DNA of 64,000 bases, from the IMG/VR virus record IMGVR_UViG_3300008954_000001, one strand, 5' to 3'. Below are positions 56,701-64,000 of this stretch, piece after piece (positions within the stretch are counted from its first letter, which is position 1; each line of letters opens with the position of its first letter). The notes beneath the pieces were generated by a model. The model had not been told where the DNA came from and searched no databases. It saw only the letters and a program-made list of their open reading frames with translations. The position numbers and the translations under genes were made by a program. Source of the DNA: a virus (lineage: Duplodnaviria > Caudoviricetes).

Positions 56701-57240
56701 CAATTCGGTTCCATAGCGGTTAACTTCGGGAAGGGTCACCAAGTTCAAGTTGATCTTTGTGTACCCCGCATCTCCACCCCCCGAAACGGTTGAGCAGTAA
56801 AAGTTGTAGCCAAGCAACCCTGTGCGATCCTCTGGCCCTTCAACCAAAACTCTTACAAAAGCCTGATAAGACTCGACTCTGACACCACTTGGGGGAGGAG
56901 GAGGCTCTCGGAGGGTGTCGGGGCCAACTAATATTAGATTGATTTCCCCAAGATCCGAATGCTGACCCTTTAGGTTAGTGGCCCGCACAATAACCGTATT
57001 GTCGCCGGGAAATAGATCCAACCCTCCAATATAGGCTTCTGGGTTGGGGACTACGAAACCACCCTTCGTAAAGGAGATCAGGTCGGGGCTTGATACGAAG
57101 GCTTTCCCTCGAACGGAAACTTCTAAGTCAACTGTGTTCTCTTCATCGTAGGTTCCAGTGATGAAACGGCTTTCAACAGTTGTTGAAAGAGCCGTCTTAG
57201 ATAGATACTGGCCGTTCGGCATTAGAAAATAGATGGCCAT
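53755..57240 (-). CDS. Baseplate J-like wedge protein, enlarged (1161 aa)
   Basis: ARGEATF...FIPLGSRV...F.TT, VGVVALNTGEGGNL, NDAPTYGGASGESN..L..R, and C-terminal L..GD.IRQSDVV.AI...AGV.YV are baseplate J/gp6 hallmarks; N-terminal FN3-like PPPPSGVRV...GYNFY. Confidence 0.75.
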   Translation of the reverse strand: MAIYFLMPNGQYLSKTALSTTVESRFITGTYDEENTVDLEVSVRGKAFVSSPDLISFTKGGFVVPNPEAYIGGLDLFPGDNTVIVRATNLKGQHSDLGEINLILVGPDTLREPPPPPSGVRVESYQAFVRVLVEGPEDRTGLLGYNFYCSTVSGGGDAGYTKINLNLVTLPEVNRYGTELASMDVDMEVTRDEDGNLLKSPQVLQIIAQQADFGTQEVISREVDEVMVVDDLMDKLRLQMKVEKYTRTNNYSFAHSRTGGPNNTPATISNNDFLATEDADPLYYVATSVYMDPNGVEYESAYSVEVEAKPQPVLAQSGLIPTVTKEMLLSDVAANIYLANPDVSFHPGTILRDVIVDPYISEAQRIRMLVDFLHRSSSFHTLLEIDDPFGVGSSIQASESPYKTALANAFHFGSPEAVQPLIDGCFDKMAANYGVARRSGLKARGEATFYTSEVLTTLFIPLGSRVKGGSTTFLTTSSASIPYEDASSYYDPTTKRYSVKVGVVALNTGEGGNLNSGELSTTPIQGLSVTNDAPTYGGASGESNGVLANRTLVKIASIDTGTKRGYYQAVASIAGVQEALCVAAGDDLMRRDFDPDYNKHLGGKVDVWVRGTTDTNIADTFAFTFETKQDVQFELVHLDSLTFRVLDDNLSLENPLMEMLNYEVPKLGLVNASTGEYFDLTDVEISSYNVITLSTDIDQPSVDFGDVVLGDYRYRTGSAYVFGRQPVSDILSMTGTVAGELDPSVYTLTRATPPTTLGFSAEAGDYVQVTAPVEASEDVVVPTGELIEVEDESHVLVGEYIEYLSNLGGINLTIKVTSEDGATEYRGPYDPSGVFDYTIIEGDQTTPIAIKRIEGQEIGDGDTVLISYKHDENFTVKYTSNLIVATTQETIDGMKHLAADVLIKESIPIQVDISATVVTTRGQAASTVDASVRYSLATLFAGLQMGDPIRQSDVVEAIDSAAGVSYVVLPMTKMTLSDGSYVIQESLASDQAGDHSLLLDWSTGGASVFLLHETLNHTTTVGGGAEYGVYRMIEKDGFSTDLIDVFPQLIGGQVDQSYIIGENGLPIPNYSDDVTIRAQGYVTDEEIAARRKELTGNKILISLPVGASPLDHSFTATYASAGDSGVSDLQCSPSSYFEIGEITLSFDEDQPTDVSYRGRSY

Positions 57241-58320
57241 TTAGAAACTCCCCATCGAATTGACTACCACACCATCCCTACGAACTAATGCGGATGCGCC
57301 CGGTGCCGTATAAACAATACTTATTGTCACGGGGGCACCCGAATAGTTTTGAACTACGACATTACACAAGTAAGTAGTGGGGTCTTTTCGGTGCTGCTGC
57401 ACTCGAACATCCACCACTCGATACAACCGCTCTTTCGTAGTCACGCTTTGGTATTTCGCTTGTTGGGCTTGGATATCCTTATGGGTCTCCAACACTCGGT
57501 TGATCTCATCCGAAATTACACCCCCAACAGAAGCGTTGCCCTTTTTACCGACCATCTTCATGATCTGAGAGCCATACCAACGGTGCTGAAGGTTTGACCC
57601 TAAATCTGTAAGCAGAGCCTTTAAGCAGGATTGATACAGATGATCCTCATCTCGAATCATTTGAAAATGGCCCGCCGCATCCACTCGAACATCATTCTCA
57701 ACTCTCGTTGCCATACATCTGCGACACCGATTAGCTTCCGTTGTGTAAGTCACCTCAAAACGGTTGTTATTCCGCTGTTTTACGGGATAGAAAAACCGAG
57801 GATAAGATACTGTCATGTACCCGTCTCGAAGCCCGATACCCCACGGGGGGGCGATTTCTTGCCCCGAACTGGCCCGCTGACCACTAAAACCTAAGGTCTC
57901 TAAAGACGATCCCGAAAGGGAGATTCGGCTTCCAACACCAAGCTGGAGACGATCCTCAAACAAAAGACGACCCCCTTCGTCGGACACCACCACCCCACCA
58001 AATAGCTTGCCTAAAGTATGGGCGAGATCCTTCGTCGTATGTAGCCCAACATCCAGTTCGACTTCCTTAGTCATGCCCATGTAGGTAATCCCAAACACTC
58101 TCGCATCTGGATAGACCCGATAGGCCCCTGGAGCACCTGCGAGCAATCTTGCGGGTGTTTGTAGCCCTTCTGGTGGGATCTCTCGGTCATTCATATAAAC
58201 CTTCACACCCCCCACCACTGTATGTGAGGTCTGGAGAGTCACCCCGTCTGATGAGAGCAGCACTGGCTCTCGAATCATCTCATGGGGGCAAGCAAAGGCT
58301 AATTGAAATTCAATGGACAT
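57241..58320 (-). CDS. Baseplate wedge protein with C-terminal gp25/gpW-like domain (~359 aa)
   Basis: D.LYQ..LKALLT.LGSN..H.WYGS.I..M.G...I..EI...L...ERL..V..V.V matches gp25/GPW and lies immediately upstream of J. SD GAGGA favours ATG 58320. Confidence 0.7.
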   Translation of the reverse strand: MSIEFQLAFACPHEMIREPVLLSSDGVTLQTSHTVVGGVKVYMNDREIPPEGLQTPARLLAGAPGAYRVYPDARVFGITYMGMTKEVELDVGLHTTKDLAHTLGKLFGGVVVSDEGGRLLFEDRLQLGVGSRISLSGSSLETLGFSGQRASSGQEIAPPWGIGLRDGYMTVSYPRFFYPVKQRNNNRFEVTYTTEANRCRRCMATRVENDVRVDAAGHFQMIRDEDHLYQSCLKALLTDLGSNLQHRWYGSQIMKMVGKKGNASVGGVISDEINRVLETHKDIQAQQAKYQSVTTKERLYRVVDVRVQQHRKDPTTYLCNVVVQNYSGAPVTISIVYTAPGASALVRRDGVVVNSMGSF

Positions 58321-58348
58321 ACACTTCCTCTGTCTGACCATAGGAAGC

Positions 58349-58365
58349 TATAGAGAAACCAACCA
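58349..58365 (-). promoter_or_regulatory. Candidate late promoter TGGTT-N7-CTATA
   Basis: Intergenic, 29 nt upstream of 58320; one mismatch to the consensus. Confidence 0.35.
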
Positions 58366-58366
58366 A

Positions 58367-59302
58367 TCACTCGTCATCGTCCACGGGTGGGGCGGCCAGA
58401 TTGTTGATCACCTCAATCCTGTTTTCCCCTTCCAGCCTCATCCATGGGGTTGTCCCACCTACCCAATCTTCACTTCCATCCTGTCGATCCAACATCAGGA
58501 AGTCATAGTGGCCTTCCTTGTAACTCTCTGGATTCGCCCTTCCGATGATGGGAATGTCCTCCTCATCCACATCGAAAAGGATGCGGTCCAAAATATTTAT
58601 GTGGTGTTGTAACGTATAGGCACTGGCCCACTCTTGTGGGAGCGGCAACCCCTCAAGCAGGTTTGCAAGGCAGGACTTCAATCGGACCTTCCTCTCGTTT
58701 CGTAGCTGCTCCGCCAAGTCCATCAACTTCACGATCCGCCACTCTAAATTTTGCCTTTTTTCACGAATCGCCTGAGATGCCCAAGCACGGGAATTCACAA
58801 CATGCTCCGCTACGATTTCGGCTTTATCCCAAACCATCACCTTCCCAATACGGAGTCGGGGGTTCTTGCCGTAAATGATCTCCCCACCAGTATCGAATCC
58901 CGCACCAGGGTTTTGACGAGTCCTTACTGTGATCAGCCCTCCGTAGGGTTCAAGATATTTCATCGTAACGGCCCCCTCATCGTCTTCCTCGAAAACCACC
59001 CCGTTTTCGGGATCAAGGAACAAGGAGATATCAAAAGGGTTCCCACCTTGAGCGATATACGCTCTCATAAGTTTTGCTAAAGTGGATTTTGGTGGAAAGG
59101 CCGCTACACCGATTCGAGTTTCCGTAGCGTGAATATCCTCAGTGTCTTTTTCCCAAAGCATAACAATGGAACCAATGCGATTGATCTCTTGAGTACACTG
59201 CTCCAAGTGTTGGTCTACATTACGGAGTTCTTGGAGAAGAAATCGGCGTAGAGCAATCCAATCGCCCATCCGAAACACACCAAGCCAACTGAAAGAAGCC
59301 AT
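58367..59302 (-). CDS. Hypothetical virion-block protein (311 aa), partly helical
   Basis: Long ORF tiling the operon, 3 nt from the upstream stop. Confidence 0.7.
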   Translation of the reverse strand: MASFSWLGVFRMGDWIALRRFLLQELRNVDQHLEQCTQEINRIGSIVMLWEKDTEDIHATETRIGVAAFPPKSTLAKLMRAYIAQGGNPFDISLFLDPENGVVFEEDDEGAVTMKYLEPYGGLITVRTRQNPGAGFDTGGEIIYGKNPRLRIGKVMVWDKAEIVAEHVVNSRAWASQAIREKRQNLEWRIVKLMDLAEQLRNERKVRLKSCLANLLEGLPLPQEWASAYTLQHHINILDRILFDVDEEDIPIIGRANPESYKEGHYDFLMLDRQDGSEDWVGGTTPWMRLEGENRIEVINNLAAPPVDDDE

Positions 59303-59305
59303 TTG

Positions 59306-61999
59306 CTAAACCCCTTCATCGGCTAAGAGTGCCGCCGCATCAATTTCTTCTTCTCCACCGCCGCCCCCTTCAGAAGACTCCTTCGCAGCAATGATCGCTT
59401 TGATTAGATCCAGAATAACCAGAGGCAACCCGCCAGCCACCACAACGGCACCATGACCAACTTCTTCGGGGCCGCCATCAGGCTTGCTTTCCGCTGTCAT
59501 AAACTCGCTGATCAAGCCTTGGGTTCCCGCCCCCGTTACAACCAACATCTGAAAATCAGCGGAAATCTTGAAGTCTGAAAGCATCCGAAGGATGCCCTGA
59601 ATCCGTCGAATCAACTGCTGAATCTGCATGATCCGAGACTCAATCATCTTAATGTAGTTCAAAATCTGCTGAATGATTGCCAATAAGCCTTCTCGAAGCC
59701 CTTTTAGAAACTGTAATAGCTTCTCAATGAACTCCTCCACAGGCTGTAAGAAGGTGTCCAAGGGTCTTATTACGATCCACTTCCCCTCGGAAGATAGGCG
59801 AGTAGCAACATTAAGTACGGTCAACGCTGAATTAAGGACATCTTTACTAAAAAGGTTTCGGGCGGGGATCGCAACAGCGTTGCCTTCTCTAAACTTTGTG
59901 ACCCACTGCTCATCGTTTAGCTTCGCCATGTCAGCACGGGACATCGCAGTTTTTTTCATCCCCACAAACACGGGGACATTGTCCATATTAGCGTCAAGCT
60001 GTTGGATAGAATAAGTTGCAGCTTGAATCCCCAGAAAAGCATCGGTCGCCCACCGTGGGTTACAGCCGTCAAGCGCACTCTTGAAATTCCAACACCAAGC
60101 CAATCGCATCATATGTACGCCAGGGGTAGCCTCCGAGAAGGTGTTGAACCGATTACAGTGCTCATAAATCGTGAGCTTTTTGGCTTCTTCAACGGCGAAC
60201 ATATATCCAGGTTCGGGCACCCCACTACCGATACTTTTACTGACGTCGCTCCCATCAGCCGTAAAGAGTGAGGTGCCGTTAAATTCTAACATTTCCATAG
60301 GAAACAGGAGGGCAGATGAATGTTGTTCAACTAAACCCTCGAAAACAGCTTCGGGGATGCCACTCGACATCCGAGTAAACTCTTCCGCTATCGCATTAGC
60401 TGCGACCGCAAGTTTCGTTCTGGACTCAATACCGGGTGACCAATCGGACCATGGTGCAATACCCCCAAGGGCTTTGTTTAACTTGCCCGCAAGCGGTAGG
60501 AAGTTCGTGACTGCCTGTCCAAAGGGAGCCTCCTTTTGCGACTCAGCGTCCAAATCCCCTCGGCATAAAAGAGCGATGACGGCAGCGTTCTGCACCATCT
60601 GCATGAATTTCTTCTTTGCATCAGACGGGAAGCTGATCTTGATCTCTTGAGAGCTTCGACTCCGAGAAGCGGGTTCGGGCCAAACCCTGCACGTCACAGG
60701 CTTGGCGGGGTTAGCGATGTTGATGATCTCGAAGCCAGATTGCCCCTCGTTCTTTTCTTCATCTCCCATCCACTTAGGGGCACCATCATGGCCCACACCT
60801 TCACCACCAGAAGCTATCGAAACCCAAACATCACGGGCTGGCTCATCCTCAGGGGTCGGTTTCCCCGACGCAACACTCTTGATTGCATAAGGCATCTCTT
60901 CTTGAACGAGCTTGAACTTGTACTCAGGGAAAAAGAACCGAGTCGCAGCGTTCATGTGAATGACATGCTGCTTTTGTCCAATTGGACCGCCTTGGGATGC
61001 CTCTGCCTTGATCAACTCGTTTAGATAGACAGGCTCTTTGTCTTGTGGGCCTTTCACCAACCAAACACCCTGCTGGCCAGGGCCCGCAGGGGTGGTCACT
61101 GGCCCGTTGCCTGTTCCTAAATATTGCTTGTCCTTCACCAGACAGGCGGAACCCCCAAAGATCCTCAAAGGCCCGCCACCAACCTCAATCGGAGCTTGAA
61201 TAAAGCCGTTCTCCTTCTTACCAGCGGGTCCGGTGCCTCCCGCTTGCGGTCTGGAATATCCAGGCCACCACCCTCCAGGAAAGGTTGAGATTTCTACAAT
61301 GCAACATTCAGGGGGGAGTGGGGTAAGGGGCATCGAATAAGGTTTAGCGGGTGAGGCCGAAAACCCCCAAGTCAGGTTAGCCCTTGTTGGCGGGCTGTCG
61401 GGGGATTCCCAATGGTCCTTCAAATTCCCCCCGAATCCGAACTCGGATACGAACTCATACTTCACATCGGCAGGGGTTTGGAGGAACTTGCCTCCACCCA
61501 CATTGGAGAAAAACTTTACCAGCCCCATAATCGCATTGTAGGCTTTTATGAGGTCTGAATAATCAACTCCCATGTAGAAAAAGAGACCGAGAACGCCAGA
61601 AGCGGTACTGAAATCAGGGCGGGAAGGGTCGGTGCTGTCGATCAGCCAGTTAAAGGCTCTGGCCTCAAACGCCCCGTAGCCCCCCTCCAGTTCCTGAAGG
61701 GCTGCTTTCCAATCCGATGCGTTAACCCAAGTGTCCCAATCTCCTCGGAGATACAGGCCCGCTTTCCTCAGGTCGTTAGCGAGACTTTCAACGAGCGCAA
61801 TAAGCGCATCTAAAATAGCGAGCATTGGAGACAGCAAACCGAGAACGAAAACCTTACAAATCTCGATAATGATCAATACGATATCTAAGAACACCACAAG
61901 GAGTTCTAAAGTATCGTTGATAGCCGTAATGATCGGCTCTAAAAAGGGTGGGGGAACTTCAATCGAGGCCCCGCCCCATTTGGCTGCCTCCTCTGCCAT
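59306..61999 (-). CDS. Virion-block protein (897 aa) with long amphipathic/hydrophobic helices at both ends
   Basis: ELLVVFLDIVLIIIEICKVFVLGLLSPMLAILDALIALV near the N-terminus; FIEKLLQFLKGL...IQQLIRRIQGILRML and GAVVVAGGLPLVILDLIKAII near the C-terminus. Confidence 0.7.
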   Translation of the reverse strand: MAEEAAKWGGASIEVPPPFLEPIITAINDTLELLVVFLDIVLIIIEICKVFVLGLLSPMLAILDALIALVESLANDLRKAGLYLRGDWDTWVNASDWKAALQELEGGYGAFEARAFNWLIDSTDPSRPDFSTASGVLGLFFYMGVDYSDLIKAYNAIMGLVKFFSNVGGGKFLQTPADVKYEFVSEFGFGGNLKDHWESPDSPPTRANLTWGFSASPAKPYSMPLTPLPPECCIVEISTFPGGWWPGYSRPQAGGTGPAGKKENGFIQAPIEVGGGPLRIFGGSACLVKDKQYLGTGNGPVTTPAGPGQQGVWLVKGPQDKEPVYLNELIKAEASQGGPIGQKQHVIHMNAATRFFFPEYKFKLVQEEMPYAIKSVASGKPTPEDEPARDVWVSIASGGEGVGHDGAPKWMGDEEKNEGQSGFEIINIANPAKPVTCRVWPEPASRSRSSQEIKISFPSDAKKKFMQMVQNAAVIALLCRGDLDAESQKEAPFGQAVTNFLPLAGKLNKALGGIAPWSDWSPGIESRTKLAVAANAIAEEFTRMSSGIPEAVFEGLVEQHSSALLFPMEMLEFNGTSLFTADGSDVSKSIGSGVPEPGYMFAVEEAKKLTIYEHCNRFNTFSEATPGVHMMRLAWCWNFKSALDGCNPRWATDAFLGIQAATYSIQQLDANMDNVPVFVGMKKTAMSRADMAKLNDEQWVTKFREGNAVAIPARNLFSKDVLNSALTVLNVATRLSSEGKWIVIRPLDTFLQPVEEFIEKLLQFLKGLREGLLAIIQQILNYIKMIESRIMQIQQLIRRIQGILRMLSDFKISADFQMLVVTGAGTQGLISEFMTAESKPDGGPEEVGHGAVVVAGGLPLVILDLIKAIIAAKESSEGGGGGEEEIDAAALLADEGV

Positions 62000-62308
62000 T
62001 TAGATGCCGCCCCCATGCTTGATCTTCTTGATCTTCATGTGAAGGTCTTGGACAAGTGCTCGATCTTTCTGAAGCTGCATCTCTAATAGCTTTTGCACCT
62101 CAGTCATCATTTGAGCACCGTCTTTCATGTACTCCAACTCATCTGCACCAATGTCTCTGGTTATGTCCAACTTTCCCGAAGTCATGCCTTCTCGCAAGAC
62201 TTTCAACTCAACCAGTTTCGCCCGAAGCACTTCCACCGTTTCATTGTGTTCGGTTTCTAAAGCCTCTCGGACTGCTTTTGCTTTATCTTTTGCTTCTTGA
62301 TCACTCAT
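62000..62308 (-). CDS. Small coiled-coil protein (~102 aa)
   Basis: SD GGAGG favours ATG 62308 (MSDQEAK); heptad-rich. Confidence 0.65.
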   Translation of the reverse strand: MSDQEAKDKAKAVREALETEHNETVEVLRAKLVELKVLREGMTSGKLDITRDIGADELEYMKDGAQMMTEVQKLLEMQLQKDRALVQDLHMKIKKIKHGGGI

Positions 62309-62309
62309 A

Positions 62310-64000
62310 TCAACCTCCCATTGATTCCTGTAAACGCCGCATACGCTCTCGTTCAATGAGGCGTTCAACAAGCTGCGCTTTCCAATTACGAATATTAGCC
62401 AAAGTACCGTCAGTTTTAGTTGTCCGAAGGAAAAGCCACGCCAACCGCTTCTGTCGAATACGGTCTGTCTTATCCAAAATCTGATCGATTCGTCCTAACA
62501 ACAACGGAAACCCATCCTCCTCTGAGAACTTCGTATAGAAGGGATCTGGAGTATCGTTAGGGGGATGTTCAATATCGAGAAGGATATCCTCCAAGATTAC
62601 CCGTCGATCCAACGCCGATAAGCAATCGGAATCATTCAGGAAAGGGGCATACTGGTATTGGCCCGCCAAACCGTACAAGAAGTTGTTTCGAGGAACCCCC
62701 AACCCTGTGTCTGGGATCGTCGGGTCACCTAAATCAAAGGAGTGTCGCTCGTTTTGGAAATCCCAATACGTCCCACTCTTGTCTCCCCGCATGGCCCCCT
62801 CGAAGTTTTCCATAAGAGACAGAATCCGCTCACGGTGGAACAAAATCATCTCTACCGTGTCATCTTTCAGGAACTTCGTGGGTCGAATGACCTTGTACGA
62901 AAAGGGTCCAATCGAGAACGGGGTTTCCTTGAAGGAGTTGTGGGGAGGAACCCCTGTTTCACCCCCTGGCTCATCCCAAGCGGGGCCGCCATTCGCCCAC
63001 AGTCCTTGATGGGGATCTTCTCCAGCGAACGCCGTGGGCCGTAGATCCCCTTGACCTTCTCGACCGTTTGCCGTCCCATCCAGCGGATCAATCTCTCCTG
63101 ATAAGGAAGATGCGCTAATCGTTGGGTAAAGGGCGAAGAAATTAAGAGGGGTAGACCCGCCTCCGTGTAGCTTATCAATTGGATTTGGTTGGCCTGAAGA
63201 CCCGATGAGTTCGGAAGCTCCGAGCCGATTTGGACTCACCTGCACCCGTGTTTCTTCGATCTTCTCGATCTTGTAATAGCCTCGGTTATCGTCAAGCTCG
63301 CCCGGATAACCTTTCTCGTAACCATCAGCTTCGCTGACTGCGGTGCCAATATCTCCAAAAGGCCGTAAGCCTTCTTCAACGGGGTCGGGCTGTTCTTGTG
63401 TGTTGTCCCAACCTTCCACTTCTCCGGCAGGGTCAATAAGGAGATAGTCCCCTTCCTCGATGCCTTCCGATTGGAAATTGATCTGGCCGTCCTCCAAGCC
63501 AGCATTTGTGTCCGTGAGAAAGTTTACGGACGCACCATATATGTCTGTATTGGGGTGTGGGGGATCGCCGGGTTCGGGAACGGGCAAGCTGGAAGCGTCC
63601 CACTTCACAATGCCGCCAGCGGCGGGGTAGCCGTTTTCGTCATTCCCCGGCCCAAGTGCCGCCCGCCGAGTCATGATGATCTCTTCGGTAGCCAACTCTA
63701 AAAGCTGTTCGTTGGACTGCTGGTGAGGCACAGGTGGCCTGAACAAGTAGATTTCAAGCTGGTCCCCCGCTATGGGATCGTCTCCCACAAACCCTGGCGG
63801 CCCGATCTGAATCTCTGTTCCTTGCAGCCAACCAGCCCCTATATCCTCCAAGGTGCCTTCGACCTTGCTGATTTCCCCCCAACCTCGAAGCTCCCCCGTG
63901 GTCGTGTTCATCACTCGCACAATGTCGCCAACATTGATGTTCACATCATCATCGGTAAGAGGCCCAAGCTGAGTTCCCCAACCTGTAATGTCTTCGGCAT
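62310..64000 (-). CDS. Virion-block protein, 5'-truncated by window edge (>562 aa)
   Basis: The frame stays open upstream of the track's GTG 63944 to the window end (AEDITGWGTQLGPLTDDDVN...). Confidence 0.7.
   Translation of the reverse strand, partial: AEDITGWGTQLGPLTDDDVNINVGDIVRVMNTTTGELRGWGEISKVEGTLEDIGAGWLQGTEIQIGPPGFVGDDPIAGDQLEIYLFRPPVPHQQSNEQLLELATEEIIMTRRAALGPGNDENGYPAAGGIVKWDASSLPVPEPGDPPHPNTDIYGASVNFLTDTNAGLEDGQINFQSEGIEEGDYLLIDPAGEVEGWDNTQEQPDPVEEGLRPFGDIGTAVSEADGYEKGYPGELDDNRGYYKIEKIEETRVQVSPNRLGASELIGSSGQPNPIDKLHGGGSTPLNFFALYPTISASSLSGEIDPLDGTANGREGQGDLRPTAFAGEDPHQGLWANGGPAWDEPGGETGVPPHNSFKETPFSIGPFSYKVIRPTKFLKDDTVEMILFHRERILSLMENFEGAMRGDKSGTYWDFQNERHSFDLGDPTIPDTGLGVPRNNFLYGLAGQYQYAPFLNDSDCLSALDRRVILEDILLDIEHPPNDTPDPFYTKFSEEDGFPLLLGRIDQILDKTDRIRQKRLAWLFLRTTKTDGTLANIRNWKAQLVERLIERERMRRLQESMGG

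Noticed and set aside
13154-64000. Structural block as a bacterial eCIS/tailocin locus, or use of an alternative genetic code
   Set aside because: It is contiguous with phage-type replication genes and shows no host housekeeping context. Standard code 11 already gives near-complete tiling with multi-kb ORFs.

Overview
A gene-dense 64-kb segment of a large (jumbo-type) contractile-tailed bacteriophage genome, read with the standard genetic code. Left arm (1-13105, + strand): replication genes, namely a 5'-truncated DnaB-like helicase, a stand-alone CHC2 primase zinc-binding domain and a family-A DNA polymerase with a zinc-ribbon insertion, plus small unknown genes. Between the primase domain and the polymerase is a translationally coupled array of six paralogous ~200-aa genes. 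They resemble only the internal target-recognition segment of phage N6/N4 DNA methyltransferases and have no catalytic or SAM-binding motifs. This array is the strongest candidate for an undescribed system. Right arm (13154-64000, - strand): two paralogous small genes, GMP reductase (guaC), a membrane protein, then a ~47-kb virion/baseplate block. That block includes a 4345-aa giant protein, two paralogous 1902/1143-aa proteins, fibre/spike proteins and an enlarged gp25(W)-J-I baseplate module. A candidate phage late-promoter motif (Y[C/T/G]GKT-N7-YTAT) recurs in the intergenic gaps upstream of the structural genes. No tRNA, rRNA, CRISPR array, integrase or transposase was recognised. All family calls are by motif recognition only; no database searches were run.
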